This document shows, piece after piece, positions 25,061-42,131 of a stretch of DNA of 64,000 bases. The stretch is from positions 18,662,001 through 18,726,000 of the forward strand of contig NC_042997.1 of assembly GCF_006345805.1 (NCBI RefSeq), written 5' to 3'. Position 1 is the stretch's first letter; each line of letters opens with the position of its first letter. The DNA comes from Octopus sinensis (Eukaryota). Under the pieces are notes generated by a model. The model did not search any database. It was given only the letters and a program-made list of their open reading frames with translations, and was not told the origin of the DNA. Both the position numbers and the translations under genes were made by a program.

Positions 25061-26515
25061 AGGGTTTATGTTAATCTGCATAAAGATTTAGTTATGCACC
25101 ATTTTTATAAAGAACTTTTTCTCTAACCCTGCTTACTAACAATCTACCAACCCTACTTTCAGTATCTCAAAAAATAACAAATTCACTAAACATAGAAAAG
25201 CAGAAAGGTGGCAAACAAATATCCAAAATAAACAACAAACAAAACTATAGTATGTAACATAATTATCAGCAGCAGCAGCAACAACAGTAATAGTCACATT
25301 GCATTAATAAAAATCTTATCATACATTCTAAGACAATAACTTAATCAAACGTTTTCTCATAAACCATCCACCATAAACCAAACAAAGCAAGCACAGAAAA
25401 AAGTATATATACCGTCTAACTAGGTCTATTCAGTGAAAAGTGACCTGAAATCTAGAGCAATAACAACAGTATGCATAATTCCTACCATGTATCATTGCCT
25501 GAACCCTGTACTTAAACACTTTACCAAATTATTGTTCTCCAGGACTGTAGCCCTTTAAAATTGTCTTCCTGCTTATATTTTTTCCTTGCAAACATCAGTT
25601 TCATCTATTTTCACCCCATTCACTTTTTCTCTATCAACACTAATAACATCGATTTCCTTGAAATGTCTTCCTTCGAAGTTCGTGGAGTTTCCCCTCATTT
25701 TCTAATAAGATAAAGAATATAAAACAAAACCATCTTTGTAGCAGTCTCAATAAAGATTTCACGTATCAACATTTACAAATCACTTTTCACATAAATTTTT
25801 TAAGTGATTGCTGTAAATCTATATTATCACTCAACTTAGGTAAGTATTGACTATTTCCTTATCTACACGAGGAGGATATAATCAAGAGAATTCAATCAAT
25901 TTGAACATCAATGATGTCACAAGTAGAAAGGTAAATAGTAACAAATAATTGTGCTTAAGACAGAGTGTATACCAAGTTTTATTGGTTAATTTATAAATGG
26001 TGAAACTATTTCAGATATAATTGAAATGAAGATGTTTCTGTTTTAAGTATGGTGCTTTATAAAGCAATAAATTGTTAGTTGTTATAGCATTTGCCTTGCA
26101 AGATTTGTTGTGGTTTTCTGTGCTCTGTATTCAAATACCACCAAGACCAACTTTTGCTTTTCTTCATTGCAGGGTCAATGAATGTAGTACCAGTCCAGAG
26201 TGGTAGGTTGACACAATTGCAGGTGGAATATCTTCTGGTATTTGTTAACCATTAACTTGTAAGGAACGAAGTTGTATATAATACGTAGCACAAATTAGTA
26301 TTCTTTAGAGTTACTTCTAAGAGTTATGCTAACTTTAGATTAACTCAGCTGAGTAGATTAATGACCAATAATATTCATCCATGATTCATTTTTACTATAT
26401 TACAACATTGTCTACTGTATGAATTATTTATTTAAAATGGTGGGAAATAATTTGAGGGAAATTTGGTTGTTAATTCTAGCAGACCAAATGATCTTGTAGA
26501 GGCTCATTTGACTCT

Positions 26516-26913
26516 TTTACTCTTTTACTTGTTTCAGTCATTTGATTGTGGCCATACTGGAGCACTGCTTTAGTCGAGCCAATTGACCCTAGGACTTATT
26601 CTTTGCAAGCCTAGTACTTATTCTATTGGTCTCTTTTGCCGAACTGCTAAGTTACGGGGACATAAACACACCGGCATTGGTTGTCAAGCGATGTTGGGGG
26701 TACAAACACAAACACATAAACACACACACACACATATATATACATATATACGACGGGCTTCTTTCAGTTTCCATCTACCAAATCCACTCACAAGGCTTTG
26801 GTCGGCCCGAGGCTATAGTAGAAAACACCTGCCCAAGGTGCCATGTAGTGGGAATGAACTCGAAACCATCTGGTTCATAAGCAAGCTACTTATGACACAG
26901 CCACTCCTGTGCC
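26516..26913 (-). mobile_element. SINE family S2
   Basis: Full head-to-tail similarity to 10148-10544. Confidence 0.85.
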
Positions 26914-27953
26914 TATGACTATTTATTATAATCATTTTCCATATATCAAGTGATGTATGATAGTATCATTGATTACAAGTTTTTAATGGAACAATCATTG
27001 GTGAGTGTTACAATGGAGTGTCTTTAGCTCGATGCAGAACAAATATTTCACGGGATTTCATTCATAAAGCATAAATTTCTTTGTCTTTTGTTTATGCCAA
27101 TTATCAATATACATCAACAAAACATTTACCCAACCGACATATATATGAACATAAAAACTGACTTTTGCATAGTTTTTATCAACCTATTTCAATTTACACA
27201 GCATTGGTTAACTTGAGAATTCTAAGGACTGGTATTGAACCTTTCATCATGTGGTTGTGATGTGACCTTAACCACGGCTATATGTGCAATCATATGAAAG
27301 TGTTTTATGCATTAGTTATTATACTGAAAAGCTGGGCTTCTAATTTGCTTCTGCATGTTTGGAGTTGGTGTGCAGCTGCACTGATCTAGTCTAACAAGAT
27401 AAGACTGGAAAATTGCCAAAGGGTGGATATTATTTGGAAATTTTTCAGAGCTATTTCACTGTCTTTGATACAAATGTTTTAGAAAGACGGAAACAATTAT
27501 GTCCAACATTCTTGTTCACTATTGTTTAGAATAATATGGATCTAGTATAACACAATGCCAGTCAATGGTCATTTCTATTTTAGAGCTATGTTCAAATAGT
27601 TTTTTAAATATTTTTCTGTTTCTTGCAAAGCATGAAATAACTGAACATGAAAGTTTGAATGCTTAATCAATGAATAATCTATGTTTAATGTCACACAAGT
27701 AGGAATGGCTGTGCCTTTAAAAAGTTTGCTTCATAACTATGTTCTTCTGGATTTGATTCCACTATACCAAATTTATGAAAGTGTATTTCGCTATAGCCAC
27801 ACCTGTCTTCATCTTTTGTTTTTTTTGTAAATTCCAACTATATATATATATATATATATATATAAGCAATGAAAAATTGTAGAAATGCAGAATGCTCGGT
27901 TGAAAGAAAATTTTAATGAATTGAGAAAATGAAAAAATATATAAATATATATT

Positions 27954-27995
27954 TATTCAAACCGGTTTTCGTCATAGTTTGACTTATCAAGAATA
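27954..27995 (-). ncRNA. Hammerhead variant with U3-A8 core pair (left arm)
   Basis: Exact reverse complement of 28878-28919. Confidence 0.7.
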
Positions 27996-28877
27996 GTTAG
28001 GTGAAAAGGTTTTTTAAAAATGAGAAAGGGGAAAAAAAGTTGCATTGTTTTTTGCAAAAGAATAATAGTAGAAAATATGTATAAAAATTAAAAAAATAAG
28101 TACTCCGATACATTGTGAGTTCGTTGTGTATCTTGAGTTTAATGATTGTTCATGAAAAAATTACGGCATCACCACACAGGAGAGAATTAACAAGGAGAAT
28201 CTCTTTATTGAAAAATTCCAAACACAACTTAATATACAAACTCCTCTTTGATCAAACTTCCCTTTTCTACCTCATTCTTCATGGATGGACTCACACAAAT
28301 ATATAAGGATACCATAGATTCATCACTTCAAGCAAAAACTTATACTCTTTAAATATCATTTTTACTATTGTTGTTATTACCATCATCTTTATTATTTATG
28401 ATATAACAATCTGAAATGCAATTGTCTATGCAAATTTATATAATTAGAAAATAATATAAATAAAGTGTTAAAATCTGAAAGTTAAATTAACAAACAATTA
28501 TATAAAAAAGATAATGCAAATGAAGCTAAAATGACAATTTTATAATTTGGGGTCTATTAGCAGCTTGTATTGAAGAACTCAAAAGAGTTGTCTCCCCTTA
28601 TTCACAACACAGGAACTGAAGAACCACAATTACTACTACTTCCTGTTTTGCCAACATCCTAAATTAAACCAAACAACACATGGCCTTAATCCCATTGGAT
28701 CCTAATACCTCAAGGTAATTTTTTCATGAACAATCATTAAACTCAAGATACACAACGAACTCACAATGTATTACTTATTTTTTAATTTTTATACATATTT
28801 TCTACTATTATTCTTTTGCAAAAAACAATGCAACTTTTTTTCCCCTTTCTCATTTTTAAAAAACCTTTTCACCTAAC

Positions 28878-28919
28878 TATTCTTGATAAGTCAAACTATG
28901 ACGAAAACCGGTTTGAATA
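28878..28919 (+). ncRNA. Hammerhead variant with U3-A8 core pair (right arm)
   Basis: TATTC-TTGATAA-GTCA-AACTA-TGAC-GAAA-ACCGGT-TT-GAATA: 5-bp stem I, 4-bp stem II, palindromic stem III. Confidence 0.7.
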
Positions 28920-29559
28920 AATATATATTTATATATTTTTTCATTTTCTCAATTCATTAAAATTTTCTTTCAACCGAGCATTCTACATTTCTACAATTTT
29001 TCATTGCTTATCATTTCTCCACGTGCGGTCAACACAACCCCACCATTTATTGATCTATATATATATATATCACCGTGATCACCGTGACCGACCAGGCTAT
29101 CAGATGTTGCTAAACATCACTGGTCACAATGCACTTAGCATTGTTTTAGCCTTCAAATGACACCACCCCGCTGGCTAAGTGAGCAGGCCAACAGAAGAAA
29201 GAGTGAAAGAAGGTTGTATATATACACATATATATATAACCAGATTGATAGATAATGTAGGTATATATGTATGTATGTATATATACGTATACTGCTCAGG
29301 TGTGGTTGTGTAGTTAAGAAATTTGTTTGAGATCCAGTTTGTTACATGACACCTTGGGCAAGTTTCTTCTATTATAACCTGGACCAAAGCCTTGCATATT
29401 AAGCCAGCATCACTGTCACAGATCCAGGGTCATTTGTTTCCAATTTTCCATAAAACATATCCAACCTTGCTTTGGGAAAATATTACTTTCTATGGAAACA
29501 GGTAAGGGTTAGTGACAGGAAGGGCATCTGGCCATAGAAAAATCTGCCTCAATGTATGT

Positions 29560-29917
29560 GATGTTTCTTTTTTAAGTCTGGAACTTATTTTATCAGTCAC
29601 TTTTGCTGAGTTGCTAAGTTATGGGAATGTAAGCAAACCAACACCACTTGTGAAGCATTGGTAGGGGACAAACAGAAAGCCATGCACACTCACATACACA
29701 CACACATGCACACACACACATATGTGCACTCACACATACACACATATACATATATAACACAAGCTTCTTTCAGTTTCCATCAACCAAGTCCACTCACATG
29801 ACTGGTTGGCCTGATGCTATTGTAGAAGACACTTGTTCAAGGTTCCATGCAGTGGGACTGAACCTAGAACCTTGTGATTTGGAAGCAAACTTCTTATCAC
29901 ACAACCACACCTATTCC
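29560..29917 (-). mobile_element. SINE family S2, decayed
   Basis: CTTCTTTCAGTTTCCATC, GAAGACACTTG, GCAGTGGGACTGAACC. Confidence 0.7.
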
Positions 29918-29964
<47 letters not shown>

Positions 29965-31189
29965 AAAGAGAAAGAAATATATATAGAGAGAGAGATCTAT
30001 GTATTTACAATGAGCCTCCGTACAGTTTCACTTATTAGTTCTACTAAAAATACATTGGTCTACCCAAGATTGCAGTAGAAAACACTTGCCTAGGGTATCA
30101 AGGTGTCAAACAAGGAGGAGTCTAACACCACATGGTAATGAATCAAACTCTGTATCCAGAAAACTTTGTCTATAATATTCATAATTTCAACCAATACAGC
30201 TGTTTCGCTATGCCCTTTAGTGTACAATTACCATTCCATCTAAATTATAAATCTTGATTGAATTAAGTTTAACAACATATTCACCTTATTAGATATAGCT
30301 GTAAGCTGTCACTTCAATATTCTGTCTCTTTAATGAGTGTTTGCCAACATAGATATTATCCAATCACAACTCATTCTGTGTCAGACTACATCACTGTTTA
30401 TCCTCCGAACAGGAAATGAAGTAACTAAAATAAGTATACAGCAATCCATTAGGCAGATATTTTTGTGTACATAGCATATGTATATGGAAACCAAAATTAT
30501 AATGGTTAAGTAAAAATCATGTATAAGCAAGTTAAACCAAGGATACAGAATATAAATATCAGAACAAAAAGCAAAAGTACCAGTTTCGTATGCTTATTTC
30601 CCTATTAAGGACATCATTTCAATGCAAGCTCCATTAAACGATTAGTACAAGGAAGACATAATAGAAAAAAAAAAAGAATTTATGTTTTTTTGTTTTTGCT
30701 TAAAAAAACATGGTTTGAATTCAATGAAAGTGCATTTTCAAAGTTGAGAATCTTGTTTGTCCAGTTCCCAGACAAACATACCTTGAATTTAATCATTACA
30801 GCAAAAAATATTGCAGCCGAATAAAGAAGGAAAAAAAAAAAACGTAGAAAGAATAAACTTCAAATATATATATATAATATATAAAACTAAAGCTTTCCTT
30901 CAAATGAAGAAAATTCATGTGTAGCCATTATGAATTGTTTAAATAAAAATATATGTAGGATTGGTTACTTAAGTAAAACATGATCACTTTGGTTGAATGT
31001 TTACAGTCAATAATTTGGAGGCAAATATTAACAAAGGCATTGGATAAATATATTCATAAAATTTAGCTTGTATGAAAATATTTAGTATGTCGAATTTATA
31101 TAACATTTTTTAAAGAATAATAAGGTATGAGGCAGAATATATGTGTGTAGTTGTGTTGTACACACATATGCACGTGTTTTGTTTTATTC

Positions 31190-31796
31190 TTTTTATACTT
31201 TTAATTGTTTCACTCATTTGACTGTGGCCGAGCTGGAGCACCACCTTTAGTTGAACAAATCGGTCCCAGGACTTATTCTTTGTAAGCCTAGTACTTATTC
31301 TATTGGTCTCTTTTGCTGAACTGCTAAGTTACGGGGATGTAAACACACCAACATCGGTTGTCAAGTGATGGTGGGGGTGGACAACCACAGACACACAAAT
31401 ACATACACCTGTGTGTGTGTATATATATAAAGTTAATCCAAACATGAAAACACAAAGAGAAAACACAACAACGCGAGGATGTGGAACATGTTTAGTGTTA
31501 TTGGACGCTCAGCAAAGGAAAGAAAGAAGGAGGATTTAATATTTCGAGCAGAGCTCGTCGTCAGAAACATAGGAAAAGGAAAGATCCAAGGAAGGGAAGA
31601 TTGAGGAAAAAATCGACAACAATACACACACAGTCACATATATACAATGGGCTTCTTTCAGTTTCTGTCTACCAAATCTATTCACAAGGCTTTGGTCAAC
31701 CAGAGGTTATAGTAGATGACACTTGTTCAAGGTACCATGCAGTGGACTGAACCCAGAACCATGAAAACTTCTTACTATACAGCTACTCCTGTGCCT
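31190..31796 (-). mobile_element. SINE family S2 interrupted by an insertion at 31432-31637
   Basis: Tail half 31190-31430 and head half 31640-31796 are collinear with uninterrupted copies. Confidence 0.8.
31432..31637 (-). mobile_element. PLE pLTR fragment with hammerhead-like motif at 31535-31568
   Basis: Minus strand: TTT-CTGACGA-C-GAGC-TCT-GCTC-GAAA-TAT-TA-AAT. Confidence 0.6.
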
Positions 31797-31918
31797 ATAT
31801 GTATATGAATGTATGTATATGAATGTATGTATATGTATATATGTGTGTATGTATGTAAGTATGTATGTACATATGTACGTATGTATGTAAGTATGTATGT
31901 ACATATGTATGTATGTAC

Positions 31919-31949
<31 letters not shown>

Positions 31950-32528
31950 TTTAGGCACTGCTGTATTTGTGTGGTAAAGATGCTTGCTTCCCAATCATGT
32001 GGTCTTAGGTTCAGTCCTTATGCATGGTGCCATGGGTAAGAGTCTTTCATTATAACCTCAGGCCAACCAAAGCTTTGTGAGTGGATTTGCTACATGGAAA
32101 CTGAAAGAATCCTCCTGTGTGTGTGTGTGTGTGTGTTGTGTGTGTGTGTGTGTGCCCTTCTCTTGATATTACATGATGGTTGTAAATGAGTATCATTGTC
32201 ATACAAGTGTTGTTTGTTTCCAGTCTTCTGCGAATAAGGTTTTTGTTTGTGCAGAAATATTACCTTACTTGGAAACAGATGAAGGTTGGCAACAGGAAGG
32301 GCATCTGGCTGTAGAAAATCTGAATCAACAAATTCCTTCAATGGAAAAGTGAACTTAAAATGTATATAAGTATCTATCTATCTCTCTGTCTATTTGTGTG
32401 TGTATGTGTTTACATATGCAACATATATATATGTATATGTATGTTTGTATCTCCATCTATATGTACACATAACTACGCACTCATACACGTATGCTAGTAT
32501 ATGCAGTTATGTCTACACACACAGAGAC

Positions 32529-32577
<49 letters not shown>

Positions 32578-34222
32578 TACACCACACACAAACACACACA
32601 CACACACGCACACATGCACAGACACACACACACATACATATATATAGAGAGATTTAAAAGAGAAATGTGATACTGTGGACCATGTAATTTTCTTTCAGAT
32701 ATTTAATGTGTTTAAAACTGTCTTTGATACACTAACAAATGATGTATGGCCCTATAATTCATTGGAATTTATTTCTGCACCATGCTTCAACTGAAAAGTT
32801 GATGTGGACACTTTACTTTTATGCTCAAAATTTTAAAGATAGCAAAAGTATGTTTGTGAATATATGTGTGTGAGTGTCTGTGTGTGAAAGTGCATGTGTG
32901 TCAGTATGGTAATAGGGAATGGCTACAACACAATAATTACTCTTCTTATAACTGTTTTCAAAAGATAAGGTAATGCAAATTTTACTGACAACAGATACAG
33001 AGATTAGCAGTTGAATGTTATCTTATCCTAGCCTTCATATTTTTGAGTTCAAACTTGATCAAAGATAACGTTATTTATTTGGTATTATAAAATTCAGGTA
33101 CATTAAGATATTTACTCATGTTGTACTTAATATATTTCATTTTAGGATTTGATTTGCAAGATTCTTGAGTGAACTTGTGTGTTCAATCAGATATTGTATC
33201 TGACAAGAGTCATTATACCAATGTGTGTGAGTGTGTATGTTTATTAGTGTTATAATGGCTCTTATAAGATACAACAAAATACTTAATATACTTGACTGGA
33301 TTCCATCAGCTTTATATCTTTACACACATAAACACATATGTGTATATGTGTACATATATGCACACACACATTCCATTACAAAAAACTTAAAGTAGCTGTG
33401 AAACAAATTTCTGTCTAATTAAGAAATATTAATTCTAGTCATTTAGTAAAGAAGAAATTGAAAGAAGCTAATATTTTGCCTTTAACAGTCATTTATTGAG
33501 AAGAATACTTGGTCCTGAGCATAGAGTAATGTTAACACTTTCAGTGTACATCTCCAGGATGTATCATTACATAACCAGCTCAAGTAGACTGAGAAAATAT
33601 ATCTGCATAAGGATTTTGTTGAAGAGTGCTTCTGAGCAAAAGATTTCTTCTAACTGAAAGTAATTACTTAATAGATATGTAAAATTAATGGAACATTAAG
33701 TAAATTGATTGTTATCAGTAGCAAATCAATTTATCACCTGTTGTTGTTATATGAGAACCAAAGTAGATGACTAAATGTAGTATTTAATGGAACTATTTTA
33801 AATGTAATTCTTTGTCCTTCATTTATATGATAAATTTGTAAGGGAATGTCTTATTATTAGCTAATATAACCACAGGTTGATAAATGTATGTGAATCTAAC
33901 TTTGAAATGGGGTTATTGTGCAGCAGCCATTACATGCAACATATTATCAAAACATTGGTATTAACCAGCAGTTCTCAACCTAGGGGGGTCAAAGGATAAT
34001 CCTGAAAGACAAAATATAAAATGCTCAAGAGTGTGTTATTGAACCAACCATAGACATAAGGACTACAATAGCAACAGCAACAGTTTACTGGAAACAAAAA
34101 TAAAAAGTATTTCCTCCAAAAAAGTAAAAAGTTTTGAATGAAAAATCACAGGCAAGAGATTATAGATTGGCCAGAATGGGTCACTCTGGTATAGATACAA
34201 TAAGACTGCCTACAAAGAGAGT

Positions 34223-34253
<31 letters not shown>

Positions 34254-37200
34254 ATTATTGCTAATATAAAATAACCTGTGGAATTTGACTATTTAATCTT
34301 GAATCAACCAAATTTTCTATAACATTACAATAATTACATGAAGAGCTTTTTATAAAATTCTGTTCTTCCTTTACATGAATTATTTTAATAGTATTGTAAT
34401 GATTTTACATCTGAAAATAAATTTCTTTCTTCTATAGAGCTGCACATTAAAGGAGGTACCACTTATATGGTAACTGTCAGATCTGTATTGTTCCATTATG
34501 ACCTCTTCCAAATCTAATAAAATCTGGGGTCCCTGTTCCTCACAGAAATGCTACCGATGTTGATGAGAGTTTGCACCTCCATCCACCATTTAAGTGGAGA
34601 CAATACTAAGAAGATTTATTTCAAATTCTTTGCTATAATTGCTCTTTTTGAAGAAAACATCTGCATCAGTTGATTATTTTGACCCCAGTCCTTTATTTAT
34701 TAACAGCAAAAAGACAAAAGGTGAAGTTAAACTTAATGGGATTAGAATCCAGGATGTAAAGAGCCATAACTAAATACCACAAGGTATTTTTCCATCACTC
34801 TACTAATTCTTCCAATCTACTGCCATAAATAGCTCCAGTTATAACAACTGTTAATCAAACATTCATTCAAATACCAGATATCCAGTGGCTGGCACTCAAA
34901 TATATGTATAAAGAGTACATGGGAATATTTACATTTGTAGAAAAACAATCACATTACTTAATTCACAGAGTTCTGTTCCAGAATCTATTTCTGTATCATA
35001 GACTAGAGAAACCAATACTTTATCTACAGACACGCTGTCTCTAGAATGTTTTATTCCAAATTTGTAAACTTCCATTTCATCTATTATTTATCAACTCAGT
35101 ATAACATTCACAAGAGAATTTCTCTAAAACACAGAGATGTTTTTTTCAGAAATAGTTGCCATGGTTAGTTCTGGTCAAGTAGAGATATAGCATGGAGATG
35201 GATAACTTACTTTAGACGAGCAATAAGCCAGATAACATTGTTAAGTTGTACTATTGCTAATCCATCCAGCAATATTGGAATCTTTTAAACTTTAGTCAGG
35301 AGGAAAGGCAGTGGTAATGATCCTTCACAGGACCTCCAAGACTAATGGAAGGGAGAAAAGTTGCCTCAAATTGAGAAACTGGCTTGAATGCTTTCAACAA
35401 AGTGAATTCTGCTAAAGTCACACAATTTACATTGGGTTATGTATTAACTTTACCCATGTGAGTCATGGTAGCATTTGAACTCAAAACAACAAATCCTAAA
35501 AAGTATCTGTTTCCAATGTTCTTACACTTCTGTGTCTTCACTTTCCACGGTTGGTACTATTTTGTTGATCCTAAAAGGGTCTCCACAAATTTGATTTTTG
35601 GTTGGATATAAACTTAGAGCTCTGATTGCTAGAGAAAATATTGAGAGGTATCCTATCCAATGCTCTCAAAACTCTGCATTTCACTGCATTGTGTAATATG
35701 CAGAAAGTGAAGCCAGTGTTTTTCATTTTGCTCACTAAATATCCCAATTATATTTGACAAACATTACGGCTAAGAAATGACAAATAATCATTAATCAATT
35801 TACAAAACTCTCAACCCTCACCATTTAAAAACTTTTACACCTTACTTAGCAGAGTAACTGTTGCACCCATTCCTATTTTCAGACTCACCAAGAGACCCCT
35901 GTGATAGTGATCAGAAGAAAGAAATTTTTCATGAATTTCTGCAATAGGAAAGGCAAGTTAAACTAGGTAATGGATGATGTCTACCACTCAATGATTAATT
36001 ACAGGTCATTTACTCCCCTCTACAGTTTAGTTGTCTAAAGAGATATTTGAAGTTTTAATTTGCTGTATATATAATTTCTGTGTCTATTTGAATCAGTTAC
36101 ATCTGAATATGATAGCAGAGTATAGTACCAGGATAAAGCTAATATATCATTGAAGTTAATTTATGATTCAGGTAAACAGTTTGGTAATGATAGCAATAAT
36201 AAATTTTAGGCTTAATCAACAGATTCATTAATGGGAAATGTTTGAAAACTAAAATTACTGATATATGTATAATTTAGGCATGTGAGAGTACCATAATTTT
36301 GAAACTTAACTTTCATATAGAGCAAGGCATAGCCAATACACATAAGAAATTTGCTTGACAAACATTTGGTTCCAAAAATGACACTTAGCATGTTACACAA
36401 TGAGCATATATCCTCTGCTATAGCCTTGAGTCTAGTAAAGCCTTTAAATGGTTAAAAGACCTTAAAAAAATAGCGTCTAAATTTTCCTTAAATTATACAC
36501 TGCAGTCTTGCAGAATCAGGACCATTGACTGGGTAATACAATATGAAATACACAATATCTGAAAACCAAGATGAGATGGTTATAGATCTGCTTGTCTGTT
36601 TGATCTGATTGACTTGAAGGTTGGATTGAACCAACAAAAAACTTTTCTATTTGATTGGATATATTCTGTATAACTGAATAAATAACAAAAAGGGCAAAAC
36701 AAAACATCTGCTCAAATACTTTTACAACAGAATATCATTTATAAATCTAAATCATCAAAATTTAATTCTTCTAGGCAGGTATACGCCAATGAAAATGCAT
36801 ATTTTTACAGCATTTTATTCTGGGAGAAACTCTATGCCATCTCTCAGTTGCTAGAAATACGAAGAATATCACTCAAATCACAACCCAGCATATTTAAAGA
36901 AACTCAAATTGGAAAATGTATTCCCGCTATGCAAAAAGTTCCTTTGGTCTTGGTTGAATTGCCTTTCATTATCATATACTTGATCAGGTTTATGTACAGG
37001 TATAGATACACACATACGCACATGTATATTTATGTATATATACATACATGTTTGTGTATGTATATGAATACATAGTATTAATATACAAACACACATTATC
37101 CTCTTCTTCCTCCTCCTCCACCTTACAAAAAATTATAAATATATATATGTAAATGTAACATGTGACAATTATTCGGTAGCCAAGATAAAACTCTGAGTTT

Positions 37201-37309
37201 TGGATGCTGAATAATTGTCACATATTACATTTACAGATAAATCCCTCTATTTACATAATATCGAGGTCTCTTTCTTTCTTTTGTTATCTTACCGTTTTTA
37301 TCTATCTAT

Positions 37310-37378
<69 letters not shown>

Positions 37379-37416
37379 TATACACACATATATATATACA
37401 TACATATATATATATA

Positions 37417-40130
<2,714 letters not shown>

Positions 40131-40136
40131 GTATAA

Positions 40137-40472
40137 GGCGCATGGCTCAGTGGTTAGAGCGTCGAGCTTACGATCGTGAGGTTGTGAGCTCGAATCCCGG
40201 ACCGGGCTGCGTGTTGTGTTCTCGAGCAAGGCACTTTATTTCACGTTGCTCCAGTTCACTCAGCTGTAGAAATGAGTTGCGACGTCACTGGTGCCAAGCT
40301 GTATCGACCTTTGTCTTCCCTTGGATAACACTGGTGTCGTGGAGAGTGGAGGCTGGTATGCATGGGCGACTGCTGGCCTTCCATAAACAACCTTGCCCGG
40401 ACTTGTGTCTAGGAGGGTAACTTTCTAGGTGCAATCCCATGGTCATTCATGACCGAAGGGGGTCTTTACCTT
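40137..40472 (+). mobile_element. Young full-length tRNA-derived SINE, family S4
   Basis: A box TGGCTCAGTGGTTAGA, B-box-like GCTCGAATCCC, conserved GAGCAAGGCACTTT segment, CpG-rich, TTTACC tail; no tRNA acceptor stem or terminator. Confidence 0.88.
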
Positions 40473-42092
40473 ACATATATATATAGTTTACCATTCTGTT
40501 ATTGATAGGGCCAACAAAAAGTTTCCTATCCAGTGAGAAATAAAAATCATTTAATACACATATTATTTAAATAAGGTCTACTAATAATTCCATGCAGTGG
40601 AAACATGATAAATCGGTAGATTTATATGACATGCCTTGTATCTCCAAGCAATCTTTCTGGCTCAGTGCATATTTGAAAACCAGGACGTTGGCCTATGAGA
40701 AAACACGAGCAAAATAATGATATGGTCGATGCAAAAAGTGGAATAAGAAGACAAAAGGTGAATAAGAACAGAAAAAGAAAGAAAATGAAAGGAAACCTAG
40801 AGCTATGTGCCCTTTGTCTGTAGAAATAATAATTAATCTAGTTTGCATCTCTTTGATACTTTCACATATGACATAAAATTTTCCTGATTGTATATGATAT
40901 GTGGTTGATTTTTAGATGCCAACTTATTGGCTTTATTTTTGTTGATGTGTCAGAAAGAGGACTGGTGGTTTGCATAACATCTTTTAAGATACTTGTGCAT
41001 AAATCGATGTAATTTTTCTTTTTGATGACATTATCTTGGAGCACTGCTGTGACTTTGACTTCATAAACATCTGAGTGTTTAAAAACTTGATAGCTAATAT
41101 CATTAATATGTTATCTAATCTCTCCTCTTCAAAAGAAATATTTGATAAAACAGCCCCTTTCTATAACAATGCCTGAGCTAACAGTGGCTTTAAAGATAAG
41201 ATATCATACACATCAATTAAAAATATGTAACTTAAAAACAGATCTAGAAAAATAATATGGTTCACTCTCACTTATTCTCCAAACGTTAAAACTGGCATAG
41301 GCAAAAAATGTCTGATATTATTAGATAAGCATTTCCCAGTAAACCATAAATACAGGAATATTTTTTGATAAAGGCTTGATAAAAATTTTATACAGTTGCT
41401 GCCCTAATATGAACGACGTAATTACTTGCAAGTTACACCAAGAGTCCACTCCAGTTGCAACTGTCAAAATTTTTGAAGCTTGTCCACGTGATCAGGAATT
41501 TTTGATAAACTCAGTCGTTTATGAATTCAAAGTCACAACAGTACTCTGAGTTCGCATGGCCAGAAAGAAAAATTATGTTAGTTTATGCAAAGGTAATTTT
41601 AAAAGTCTATGGAAACCACCAATCTATTTTCTGACATGTAAACAAAGTTAAATCCACTAAGTTGGCTAGCCTCATGTTGGATCTAAAGACTGACTGCACA
41701 CCACATACTATCAAGTGGAAAGCCATGGAGAAATTTATGTCAGATGGAAATGGAACAAAGAGATGCTAGCTGTGCATAGCTGCAAGATCACACATTCTTG
41801 TTAGATCTAAGAATTCCATTACACTACTTAATTCCAGATCCAAAATTCTTAGCAAATACAAGCACATGGACAAATTTCTTTTGTTGAACTAGAGGACATC
41901 ACCCCCTTCAAACGGAGTAGCTGTCTTGCAGACTTTGGCTTTCTCCCTGCTGAATTATTGTGCTTCCATGGCATGAAATTATTAGTAGATCTTATTTAAA
42001 TACTGTGTATACGAAATGATATGCATGTGTGCATGCATATCATACACACACACATGTGCAGGCATTTACACACATACACACAAATATACATG

Positions 42093-42131
<39 letters not shown>

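Larger units (their letters stand above)
27863..29010 (+). mobile_element. 5'-truncated PLE with inverted ~300-bp terminal duplication
   Basis: 27863-28164 is the reverse complement of 28715-29010; the junction opens with GITTQERINKENLFIEKFQTQLN (28165), resembling the PLE endonuclease C-terminus; hammerhead-like motif in each arm. Confidence 0.78.

Noticed and set aside
25525-25701. Minus-strand exon candidate with a strong acceptor
   Set aside because: In-frame TAA after 42 codons as assembled; it needs a homopolymer correction or a weaker donor.
40137-40210. tRNA gene
   Set aside because: A/B boxes are present, but there is no acceptor stem or poly-T terminator and it continues into a SINE body.
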